This document shows positions 22,301 to 33,588 of a stretch of DNA of 40,041 nucleotides, one piece after another. The notes beneath the pieces were generated by a model that was not told where the DNA came from, did no database searches, and was given only the letters and a program-made list of their open reading frames with translations. Made by a program: the position numbers and the translations under genes. Each line of letters starts with the position of its first letter. Within the stretch, counting starts at the first letter, position 1. Source of the stretch: Choristocarpus tenellus KU-1152 (Eukaryota; Protista; Phaeophyceae). The DNA lies in contig CAXNAD020000033.1 in NCBI GenBank assembly GCA_964200185.2, positions 1 through 40,041 on the forward strand, written 5' to 3'.

Positions 22301-24415
22301 ATATGTTTCTTGGTGTGTATTTTAGTGTTCCCTTTGTCTGGAAGCTACTCCTACATTGTACATACTTTCACTGGTAGTACACAGTGAGTGTACAGTCAGT
22401 AGATTTCATTCCTCATGGTCACAATTACAGACAGCATCTTCAAAGAGCATGAATAGGTTAGGCAGCGTTCAGTGAGTGGTCTAGATGAAGAATCTAACCT
22501 ACTCTATCCCTTGCCCAATGAAGACCTCAGTTTTCCAACAATTGCTGGGGCGGATTCCAATGGTGCAATTATCCACTACAGTGCCCAGCCAGAATCGTGT
22601 AGAATAGTAGGCAAAACATCCATGCTTTTGCTAGACTCTGGAGCCCAATACAAGGATGGTACAACAGATGTGACAAGGACTGTTCACTTTGGAGATCCAT
22701 CACTGGAACAAAAAGAGGTGTGACTATATTACAGATACCCTCTTCTTGACACATTGCATTAATATCATTGTCAGGACCAGAACAATGGATCCAGAGGGGA
22801 AAGACTTCAATTTACTCAAGAGTGTTTCTCAAACATAGAGATGAGGCAACAGCCCTTGTTTTGCCCGTGCCTGGTATACCAGCATTGCCATGAGATGGAT
22901 GGACCTAGTGCATCCAAGAGTATGGTAGTAAGTTATTTGGACAGTTCAACTATCCCCCAGATTTTTGCCCTAATTAAAAGCTCCAACTGTCTCTGTATCA
23001 TACTCTAGTAATAGTATTTTGTGTTCGTTTTGTCCTAATTGTGCAACTACTGCAGTCACAGTCTCTTCAACAAATGTGCCATGTGATTGATGACCTTACC
23101 ACCCCGCAATCTCTTTGAGAATCATCTTACAACTCTTCAACATGTCCTGAGAAAATTACACTGAGTTTGCATTTACCTTTTTAACTTGTATATATTTTCT
23201 TCTTTGGCTGATGCTATTCTATTCTTGTCAAGGCTTACACGCGTGTCCTCAAGGGACACATTGCCCTGGCAACTGCGAAATTCCCAGATGGCACCCCAGG
23301 CTTCATGGTTGATTCTTTTGCACGGAAGGCACTATGGGAGGCAGGCATGGACTATCAGCATGGAACAGGTCATGGAGTTGGTGCTGCATTAAATGTACAT
23401 GAGGGACCACATGTAAGAGTGGTGGAGAGTGTAAAATGTGCATGAAGGAATACAACTTGCTCAATCCTCTTGGATACATGAGTCTTTGCCCTGTTCACAC
23501 AGAGAGAGGTTTCTGGTGGAGATGATCATGTAGGTTGGTTGACTAGGTGCATCTTTAACAATTTTAAAAGTGGACCAATAACTGCGCAAACCTTCTTCCC
23601 TCACCACACCTCAGTCCATAAGCCCACGCACTGCAAATTCAACACCACTTAAGCCTGGGATGGTGGTGAGCAATGAGCCAGGTTACTATAAAGGAGGAGA
23701 CGGCGGTTTCGGTGTGCGTATTGAAAATCTACTTGAAATAGTTGATTCAGGAGTGAGAAATGAGGCTCTGGGACGAAGGTGAGTTTTTCCATGACTTACT
23801 TGATTTGTTATGTTGAGGTATCATGCCCTCTCCTGTCACACTGGACATGATGAATTTAAACCATGAATTGGTGTTAACCCAGCAACATTCACAACTTTTG
23901 TGGCAAGTTCTCTTTTTCTTGACTCAATGAGAATTACCCAGTAGTAATAATTCCAAGAGGTACACTTCAGATGTTCTTATATGTTACTGACCATTCCTGT
24001 CGCTCTTGCATCTCTATACCTTCCCTACAGTTTCTACCACTTTGAGCCCTTGACACTCATCCCCATTCAGAAGAAGTTACTGGACCTGTCTCTTCTGACA
24101 GCAGAGGAAGAGCAATGGCTCAATGCATACCACCAACAGGTGATGACTTTTGAAAAAGTTGCAGGATGGCACTTTGATGTGAATGGGGATGGTACCACTG
24201 ACACTGGAATTAATGGTTCACATATCTTATCAAATGACCTGAATGGAAACATCCAAAACAAGATAAGGTAGTGCATTACACTCAATTCTTGTAACATCTC
24301 CTCTTCACCTCTTCCGTTCACCTCACAGGTGTGGTCCAAAATAAGTCCCTTCGTAGAAGACACTGAGACCTTGGAATGGCTGAAGGAATCAACACTACCT
24401 GTGCTTAGACCATGA
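10334..24415 (+). CDS. XPNPEP1: Xaa-Pro aminopeptidase (aminopeptidase P, M24B), 15 exons, ~690 aa
   Basis: Exons 10334-10498, 10713-10793, 10970-11061, 11953-12040, 12220-12414, 17409-17573, 17767-17826, 19073-19216, 21700-21833, 22098-22312, 22524-22717, 23233-23412, 23615-23778, 24031-24139, 24329-24415 give an uninterrupted frame. Hallmark motifs: [98 protein letters not shown]. Start may be 10391. Confidence 0.95.
13121..13195. repeat. 34-bp tandem repeat, ~2.2 copies
   Basis: Unit cagttgcgtgtagggttaaagtggtcaa(c/g)gggga starting at 13121, 13155 and 13189. Confidence 0.9.
13420..15176 (+). mobile_element. full-length decayed Tc1/mariner element of the plant/oomycete (DD39D-like) group
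   Basis: TIRs cttcctctgttcggaattaaatgtaaca (from 13420) and tgttacttttaattccgattggaggaag (to 15176) resemble Stowaway/Osmar CTCCCTCCGT ends. TA flanks both sides (13418-19, 15177-78). Confidence 0.9.
13790..15020 (+). pseudogene. mariner transposase pseudogene
   Basis: Motifs [66 protein letters not shown]…GDNVFKISH are interrupted by stops and frameshifts. The third catalytic Asp position reads Asn. Confidence 0.9.
18760..18890 (+). mobile_element. possible non-LTR (RTE-like) retrotransposon 3' fragment
   Basis: [11 protein letters not shown]…[11 protein letters not shown] resembles the post-RT W.GHL.RM…W…V..DL motif. Short and degenerate. Confidence 0.3.
21162..21180. repeat. (GT)n microsatellite
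   Basis: Direct reading. Confidence 0.9.
21563..21585. repeat. (AAT)n microsatellite
   Basis: Direct reading. Confidence 0.9.
22769..23152. mobile_element. possible solo LTR in aminopeptidase intron 11
   Basis: Termini tgtcaggac … gtcctgaga form an 8/9 inverted match of the TG…CA type, about 384 bp apart. No TSD visible. Confidence 0.35.
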
Positions 24416-24463
24416 TTTTTATAATGAGGTGTTACCTACCAACACTTGTAACTAATGTAAAAG

Positions 24464-27400
24464 TTACCGAAGCTGCCATCCTGTTTTTTTGCTGAGTCGG
24501 AATGCAATTGCATCGACAAGGCCCACCACGCTATAGATGCCACCAATGATGGCCAAGACTTTCGTGATGAAATCATACCATGGCCGACGCTCCATCCTTA
24601 CCAGTACCCCCATTGGAGAAATCGCATAGGCAAACCTTGCCTCAGGAACGTCCATCTCATCATAAATCATTGTCTGTTTGCAGTAGTGCAGTGGATAAAA
24701 ATTTTACTGTCAGATAAATCATGAGACCTGGTCAAAAGATCTCTGTGAAAAGACATAGTACAGTTCTTCCTATAAAATGTTCACTTTGTACACAATCCAC
24801 TTACAGTATATCTGGTATATTTACTTCTCCCCATTGCTTTACTCTTTGTTATCCAATCCATTGGCTCACCTGACTATTGGCCACTACTTGATATCCATGC
24901 CAGGGCTTCTTCATGCTATTTAGTTGATATGTTGTCCCAACAATCTGCTCAATAATGACAGTATCAATGTTAGGGAGTCATTTGATATTTTGACACATCC
25001 CAAACTTGTGAGTGATCAAATGGAGACAATCAACCTTTTGGTTCTACTCCCAAGTATATTCTTCATGGAGACCAGGTCAAGATGCATCACCTTTTTAGTA
25101 AGCTGGTTATCAACTAACATTCAAAATTCCTCATTTCTGCCAACTTCAACATCGAGGTGACAGGCACTATGGTGGAACGATGTTATTGCTGATGATGTAA
25201 AGCACTTAGTAATACTACACTATCTACACCAGATCGCTATTCCATTCTCATTTCCATATAAATACACTGTGATCAGTACCTTGAGGTAATGATTCGGGGC
25301 TTGGTGTGCTCCTTCAGCAATGTAGGCAATACCATCCATAGGTGCATCCTGCCTGTGTTCCTCATCCAATCGGGCAATCTCAAGAATATGAGCAGCACAA
25401 GGTGCACAGATTGGAACAAACACATTAGAACACAGATTAGAAATAAGTGTGCACCACATGGACACACCAACACAAGAAAAGTGAGTATATCAAAATATCC
25501 TCTAGTCACTCCTTGAGATACACTTGTTCCCTGACCAAAGCTGTCATGTAAGAATCATCACAGGTTACACAGACTGAGTCTCTATTGGTACTAACTACAC
25601 ACCTTTCGAGATACTCTCCTGGGTGGACTTTCTCCAAATGACATATGGTGCACCACATGAGACAGGTTGGTCAAGGCCTGCAAGATTAATTTTTTAGAAG
25701 TAGGCACACAATCAACAAAGAGAGAATTAACATGCATCACAATACACAGCACAACGTAGTTCACAGGCAGGTAGTACTGATTGTTTCCAAACTTCAACAT
25801 GTTTGGGATAATGTTGTAAGGAAAGAGTCGTTGTCATGAATGAGGTCACACTTTTTATCTGTAGGCATTGCTGAGTCCCAAAAGCATATATAGACTACAC
25901 TTGCGGTTATTTCAGGTACCACTACCTCACCCTGAAATCAAAAGTAGTACACTAATGTGGAGACACTTGCCCACCCATGAGGTTTTACTGCATCAATCCA
26001 CTGCCTTGCCTACATATGTCAGACTGCCAAATCCTGATACTGGTGAAAGTGGTATTGGATTAGTGATATACCATGAATATGATATATACATAGAATATAT
26101 ATCCTCACACACTCAAACATGCGTCTCTACTCGTGTGACTAAGCGGTCAACTGAATCTTCTGGGTCAAAGTATCTGGCTGTCCATTTGAGACCACTTTTT
26201 TCATATCGCAATTTTTGTATGATTTGGTTCCATACATTGGATGGATAATATAAATGCACTTTTCCTGATTTTGGTTTAATAGACACCCTGGTGTAGACCC
26301 CTCCCCCCCCAAATACTTTGGGTCTTCTATCAGAGTTTGTCAGCATTCCTCAGTATTTACTGGCAGGGTCTTTGGTGGTATCCAATGCACACCTTACCAT
26401 CTGCCTGGTGGACAAGAGATAAAAGATATCCAGAGTGTTATTCACCTGCCATCTTCACCCAAAACTGAACTGGTCTACATACTATAAGTTGATTCATTTA
26501 AAAACAAAAACAGCTTACACAAGTCACCACTCAACTGCGCTAATTAATATTCATCTGGTGACAATAGTCAAGAGGCACACAACCCTATGAAGTCATTGAG
26601 CCACTTATGGGTAGTACTCCACTCTTCAAGTTTACCACATAACTTCAGGGAGTACTTGACAGGAAAAGGGGGGTACAATTGTGTGCTGTGGGTGGGTTGT
26701 GGGTTACAAAACAATGAGTCAAGTAGTACCAGATCGCCATAGGTGACGTTCCACAAGTTTGCACAGATTGAAGTTGAGCATCATGAGTAAGCTTCTCAAA
26801 TGTGGACAAGTGCTACCATGAATTAACAACCTCCCCACCAAATCGCCTCTTGAAAGTGCCTACACACAACACTTTCACACCTCAAACTAAACACCAAACT
26901 GGTGCAGCGAAAAACAGTCCATGATTTCAACACGCATGACCTTCAATATGAAATATATTTATCTGGGGTGAGGTGGGAAAGATGGTGAGACTGCATGTCG
27001 AGACGCATGTATGAGACCATCACAGGCATGGTAGTACCTTTTCATCACAGAGTGGAGGATGGTTTGTGGATCAGGCAAGTCCATTTTAATTACTATGTAG
27101 TACGTGTTACAATTAATTTTGTACTGTATCCAACATTTTACTCCTTGCTCTTCACACCACATTGTTGTAGTCACCATGCTATACATATATTTAGAAGATA
27201 ACAATTAGAACTTGACTTAGCCCCAAAATAAACTGAAGGTACTCCTATCCATTTCACAACCAGTCACACAGCTAATACAGGCAGTAGTTGTGTTTTGTTA
27301 ATTTGATATCTCCATTTTACATGCTGAAATTGTAGCATTTCCAGCTGTGGATGCATGTTCAGAAGGCAGCCTCACCGCATTGAAGTTGTGACTCTTGGAC

Positions 27401-30400
27401 CTTGCCTCGATATGGAAATTGCCTGGCACACGGTTCACCATCAGATAGCCAGAAACAAGGCAACCTGGCCACTGCTCATTGTGCGGGTCTCCAAGTGTGG
27501 AAGCTCTTTGTTTACCGGTCGACAGTTGCCTCTGCAGTGAGAAAACATGGAAAAGGGTGCAGGCATATCAGACGTGGTCCTTTCACAATATTTACAGTGG
27601 CAGAATTGTGTGAGGCTGGGTAATATCAACTGTATTAACTTTAATGTCAAATAGGGTGCAATTAACACCTCTCAGTCAAATCCTATCATCTCCCTGCAAG
27701 TCGCACTCCGGAGTACATACTTTCAAAAGTCTCAGCAGCACTCACTGTTGCTCTCACTCTTGAAGCAAGGAATTTTGACAAGGCTGACACCGTGCGATCA
27801 CCATTATACTCTGGTCCAATCACTTGGTCACCTTGAAACAATGTTAAAGTTGGAAAGGCCTGTGAATCAAGGGGATTATATCAAAAGGTCAGAAAACAGT
27901 GGGATGAGTGATCAGTTGCAAGTAAGAATATCTTAATCAATCCAAACACTCAAAGTTGGGTTTGAGGCAAAAGTATCCGATTTGCCAACAGCACATTGGT
28001 AACTGTATGAGCTGAATACAAACCAATACAAAGTTATTGTCTTATAAGACCAGCCTTAGAGGTTACTATCTACCCTCAACCATTGCTTAACACTCCTGAG
28101 TTCAACTTGTCCACATATTTTCTAGGGTGACAGGCTTGGGAAACACATGCAACACACAGTATGCACTAATTCATGTAAACATTTGATATGCGCGGGGCAA
28201 TTCTTCTTGTGCCTTCTAGGCCATCTATATCATGATAAAATCAATTCTTCTTGTGCCTTCTAGGCCATCTATATCATGATAAAATCAATTCCGTACACAT
28301 GTCAAAAACTTGTTTCATAGAAGTACAGATGATCAAGGGCATTCCTTGCTGCTACAGGTTGACACTCTCTGTAGTGCTGCTAACCCTAACCCTTAGCATG
28401 CAAGTACACAGACCCAGTGCAGCTAAAATCAAAACACCTAAGTGGTGGCAACAAAAGGCCCAAGGGAGTACCAAACTCTGTAAAGATCAGCACTTTAAAC
28501 TGTTGACTCTGAGCACTGTTGGTTGTTAACTTGGGTGAAGGGACCAATATTGAAGGTAAAACAGATGGCATAGCTGAACTAGAACTAATTGACCAGTAGC
28601 AAGTCAGGCAATATGGTCACACAATGCAATGCCACTGAGCTACTTTTTGTCAAACAAGTATGATCATAAATATACAGATCTTAACCTTTCCTCAAAACAC
28701 ACTTTCTTGGCAAATATGCTAGGTTATCTACATGGCAAATCAAGGCTGACCTAAGACCATCTAAACATGAGTGGGGAAGGGTGCAGATACCACAAAAACT
28801 ATCACCTGGACTTTAAAGTGTGCACACAACTCCCCCTGTCGTGTGCAGTCCACCTTGGCCACAGACATACCCACATTTGATTCTTCCATCTCTTCTGCCA
28901 AGGCTTCAAAAGTTGGCATCAGCTTTTGACACCATATGCACCTGGATTGATTATTTGGTTGATATTAAAACCATTCTTAACAATAGTGACGATGTGTACA
29001 CTTGCTAAATGATATCCTCCCACAAGACATATCAGAGGGGAGGGTGGTCACTGTCAGGTTTCTAGTGAAGAGTAGTCCCTGTTGAACATGACAATACTAT
29101 CAATCCATCAAGCACAAGCATGGGTCAAGACGGAGAGGTCTTGAATATCATAAATGATACAGTCTGATAGGTGAACATGACTTGCCACAACATATTGACC
29201 CGTACATCATCGATACAATTTCATTCCTCAGCAATTTAGTAAGTTTTTGTTGAGCAAGTGCAACATACCATCACCATTTCCAATAATGCAAAAAACACCT
29301 TTCTTCCACTTACACTGTGTTGCAACCGTCACAGGCTGTCACACTCACAGAAATTATACTGTTTTATAGAGTAACTAGAAATTCAAGTCCACCCCCAGAT
29401 TTTACGCCTACTCACTAATTCAAGTTCTAAATGGTGATCATATCAACAAAAAAGTGTTGCAATAAACAATGCCATCTAGCACTACTTAAGCCAACAGGAA
29501 CTATACTTTTGTTTACTGTGCTTGGTCAGTGCCAGTCCACAGAAGAATATGGACAGTACCTTGAATAGTGTTATTGTAGTGGAATGACGCTCATAAGAGG
29601 ACACATTTTCTTGGGGGATTAATACAAAGGTAAGACTTGAAACCTTCGAAGAAGCAAAGTGTTGGTCCCCTGCAAAAAAGCGCCAAATGATGGTAATAAC
29701 AACATAATACCAAAGCATGTGATTGTGCTACACTTACAAAATTGACTTGAGTGCCAAACAGCATTCTTACCAAGGTGCATGGAATGCAACAAAGGTGTAA
29801 TCATGACTGGTTAACCAGTCATCAATAGTCTCCTCTGTCAAAGGCACAGCATGGACACCATTCTCATGAAGCTTCTGCAATAACAAGGACACCAACACAA
29901 AGAAAGGCACAAAAGTGTGGGGATGACATCAAAAAGATCATTCACATGCATCACATGTGCATACAAGAAGCTCCAGATCATGCATAACAAATACTCCCCC
30001 ACCCGAACCCTTACCCAATAACCAAGCTAACAAAACTGCACCTCAAGATCCTGATGCTTAATGTCGTACATGACAATATCCTTCTGCACCCGATTTAGAC
30101 CTTGGTAGACCTGAGCCATTGAAACATACAGTAAAGGCCGAGAGAAGAAAATACTGTGGATGACATGTCTATGACAGTCTTCTTGATCTACTCAATCTTG
30201 AGTTCAAAACATGGCAATATTCGACATAAGCAACAATAGAATGTGCCCACGTTTTCAATCAAAGGCATTGCAAAGCACAGTGCTCGTTGGAAAAAAAACA
30301 AAATCTTACCTGCTTTACCCCCTGCTCGTCCAGGTGCCACTTTTCAACATTCCCAGTTATGTTCAAACGGTTGCTTCCAAGCACATCCAGTGCATCCACA

Positions 30401-31170
30401 GCCAGGAACTCGCATGGTAAGTCCAACATCGTAATGTTGAAGTTAATGCGGAGCTGTGTGAGATATTGGTGTTCGGGTCGAGTGGGTATTAGCCGTGAGT
30501 ACCTCGCATTGAAACAGAAACCAAGTGTTTCACTCGCAATCAGGTTATGGGGGACCATGAACCATTAACCGGTCCCGTAACGCAACATGCGTTGTGCTCG
30601 TCTCCGGAAGATAATTTCCGTTACATAGGGTCAAGTTGAGGTTTCTATTGGAATGTGCAGATGGGATAGCGACCGCCTTACACTCCATCATCCAGGCAAA
30701 CTACACGTTGTTGTCCACAATCACGAGCATTACTGTAACTGCTCACCGATGGCATTTGAATATGTTATTGAACCTCCAATGATTGGTGCAAGTATCCAAA
30801 TGCATGTAGGGTGCAAATGTCGAAGGCGTGTACGGTCTATATTCAACAGGATTTGCGAGTAGGGTAGTGCAGACAATTGCTCCATCACACCTTGGCATCT
30901 GTCGCATTATCGACGACGACGTACGACTCAATAGGAGAGGCAATAAATGCAAACAACTCCATATGAAACAGCAAGATCATGAACAGGGCAGCAAATAGAG
31001 AAAAGTAGCCACCAGTTGCCGTTGCCTCGGTGAGATCTGTTGGTATCTTCTGGTACAGGTCAAGCACCTGAATCAAAAGAGTAATCGATAACAACCGAGC
31101 TTAGCGATGGCAGCATCACCACACGAACTCCTCTTACTCGGGTTCGAATTTGCACAAGATCAGTAAGCAT
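24464..31170 (-). CDS. PDI-C-type protein (ERGIC_N + thioredoxin + COPII-coated Erv C-terminal domain), 12 exons, ~463 aa
   Basis: Exons 31170-31138, 31067-30891, 30453-30310, 30110-30042, 29874-29771, 28941-28806, 27859-27746, 27531-27376, 25677-25603, 25378-25280, 24944-24870, 24673-24464 are in phase. Motifs: LDLYQKIPTDLTEAT, LRINFNITM.DLPCEF, FHAPWCIWC, AKVDC, AFPTL, GC.VSGYLMVNRVPGNFH, NLSHVVHHMSFG, Y.ISPM, LAIIGG. Exon 1 and start are less certain. Confidence 0.93.
26162..26324 (+). mobile_element. MITE family A, copy 1
   Basis: TIR gggtcaaagtat…atactttgggtc with perfect 4-bp TSD TTCT. Homologous to 32976-33152 and 39859-40041. Confidence 0.85.
28198..28291. repeat. perfect 44-bp tandem duplication
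   Basis: caattcttcttgtgccttctaggccatctatatcatgataaaat twice, followed by caattc. Confidence 0.95.
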
Positions 31171-31610
31171 CTCTCCAGACGTAGTAATTCGAAAATGCAA
31201 TATCAACACATCACCACGAAAATACTTCTTGCATTGACCCAACACTGGACCGTGAACACACAGACCTGAAGAAGGGATCCTCGTCGCTTCATAATACAAT
31301 GCTGGGCGAGTAAACCCGCAAATGTCTCTCACTGCTTCTGTTTCAGCCTCCAAAATAAACGGAGAGTATGCCAATCATAGATTGTGGTGAGAGATCGTTG
31401 TTCTTGTCCCTATTTCCAAATTAAGGTTGGTGAGTCTTAGTGACTTCTATTGTTTATTTACAACAATCAATGTCCTAAGTATCCCGTAAACATTCTGTCT
31501 GTACCGTGTAAAATATCGTGAAGGGTTGTGTCCCGTATCTACAAACCACACACATTACTTTCTCTTGAATGTTGTACTTTGTTAAGCTATAGGTTGACAC
31601 ATTTTTTTAG

Positions 31611-31692
31611 TGTCTCAAACCTTAATGGTTAAGGAGGTTGCTTCTAAAAGTACTATAAATGGTTCGAACCCCACTGACGTTGACAGTTTTTT
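31611..31692 (+). pseudogene. tRNA-like relic (Arg-TCT-like) or SINE head
   Basis: cctTAATGGTTAAGG (D-loop/A-box-like), cTTCTAa (anticodon-loop-like), GGTTCGAACCC (B box) at tRNA-like spacing, then T6. Stems pair poorly. Confidence 0.45.
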
Positions 31693-32275
31693 CGCGAAAA
31701 ACTAATTTTGATTACCCATATATTAGCCTTTTGGCGCTGATTGCCCTCCTGTTCACACCCGCAGTTCCCAGTGTGATAAGGTCCTCTACATATGCCAGAA
31801 AGTGAGTTGTTTTGTAGCAATCGCTCCGATGGAACCTACTTTTGGAACCTACTTCCTGTTACTCAAAATGGACAATGTGAGAGTGTCGTTCAGGGTCTAT
31901 GTGGAACAATGGAGGAAGTAAGGACTTCCCTTTATCAGACTTTCCAACCCGTTGAAAACATTTGAGGTAGGAGCTTAGAGATCCACATCATGATCAACTC
32001 GACCAGAGAGACCGAGGTGGGAGGGCGGTTTGCATTCCATTTTTGTTTATGCTATCCCTGCATATCTGATCCTTAGACAAATATGTGGCGAAGATGCTCC
32101 TTCTTCCTCCTCTCCTGGGTGTCCCATACAACATCCTCCTTTGTGCTTCGTCCCTGTACCTCATGTCACAACCACTTACATATCTATCTTTGTTTACAGG
32201 GTTCCACCCGTCGACAGAGTTTCACACACTCACACGAAAATGTTACGGCTGAGAAAAATCCTTTCTAAGTAGTCC

Positions 32276-32536
32276 GAGTCAAATTATCTTTGAAGGTAGA
32301 GCCGCCTCCATTTGGGGGCAAAAATCCAATATTTCGATTTTGATGTAATTTTGGCTATCATGTTTGTTAGGAAGTGTCAATATCCTTGTTCGGACACACC
32401 TTTTCATAATGTATATATTTTACCAACTCCAAAACATTTCGGAGTAGGGAAATGTCACGTAAAAAAACGTGGGAAGCCAAGCCCCAAACGGACAAACAGG
32501 GCAAAAAAACTCGTATCCTCTAAGATTATTTTACTC
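32276..32536 (+). mobile_element. MITE family B, copy 1
   Basis: Homologous end to end with 33330-33588. Degenerate TIR gagtcaaattatctt…aagattattttactc. The empty site is visible in the opposite palindrome arm. Confidence 0.85.
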
Positions 32537-32975
32537 TCCCCTGCCTCACTTACAACAACCATGCTGTGCTACTACTACCTACCTTCGATGCAGGATGGGG
32601 TACTGTAGGGTAAAGTTGTGTACTTGCACAATTGGGGATTCTGTGGTGGGGAGCAGAGAGTTGGGTGGTGCAAGGGAGGGTCTACGCCTGCCTGTGTAAA
32701 ATGTGTTTTCTCAACCTAATAAGCATACGTGTGTAGTTGTGGGATCTGTGCGCAATTTCAGTATTTAAAGTGACATTCAGGGAGTATTTCCTAAACTGAT
32801 TGATGAAGTCATCACATATTTGGTGTCTGTCAATAGATGGCATAAATCGAATCATGTTCTGAGCCAACCATCCATCCCCTCATTGATGTTCAAGAATACA
32901 AGTAGACGGGAGGGGGAGAGTGCCTGACTATAGTCAAAAGTATATGGCGCTTTGCATCTGACGATGGGTACTATT

Positions 32976-33152
32976 GGCTCAAAGTATGGGGGGGTTGGCG
33001 GCTGTCCATTTGGGGTCAATTTTTTCATGTCGCGATTTTTGTGTGATTTGGTTGTACCATGTCGGATGGATAATATAAATTCACTTTTCCTGATTTTCGT
33101 CGAAATGGACACCCTGGTTTAGACCCAACCTCCCTCCCAGATACTTTGGGTC
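32976..33152 (+). mobile_element. MITE family A, copy 2
   Basis: ggctcaaagtat…atactttgggtc flanked by att(g) on both sides. Confidence 0.85.
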
Positions 33153-33329
33153 ATTGCCATCTTTGCGAAGTGAAGTGGACCTTTCTTAATCGCATTCCAT
33201 TTTTTTCATGTGGAACGAAACTCCGCTTCTTCTTTTTTGCGCGCACGCTCTACATACAGGTGAATGGACCCCAAAACCCTAAACGGCAAAGATATGGCTG
33301 GGGAACATTGTCACAAATATATTAGATAT

Positions 33330-33588
33330 GAGCCAAAGTATCTTAGAGGGTAGGGCCGCGTCCATTTGGGGGGCAAAATCCAATGCTGCGATTTTGATGT
33401 AATTTTGGCTATCGTGTTTGTTAGGAAGTGTCAACATGCTTGTTCCGGACACACCTGTTCATAAGGTATACATTTTACGTGCTACGAAATGTTTCGGAGT
33501 AGGTAAAATGTCGTTAAAAAAACATGTGAAGCCAAGCACCAAACAGACAAACAGGGCAAAACTCGTACCCTCTGAGATACTTTCACTC
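33330..33588 (+). mobile_element. MITE family B, copy 2
   Basis: 23-bp TIR gagccaaagtatcttagagggta / taccctctgagatactttcactc with 4-bp TSD ATAT. Confidence 0.9.
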
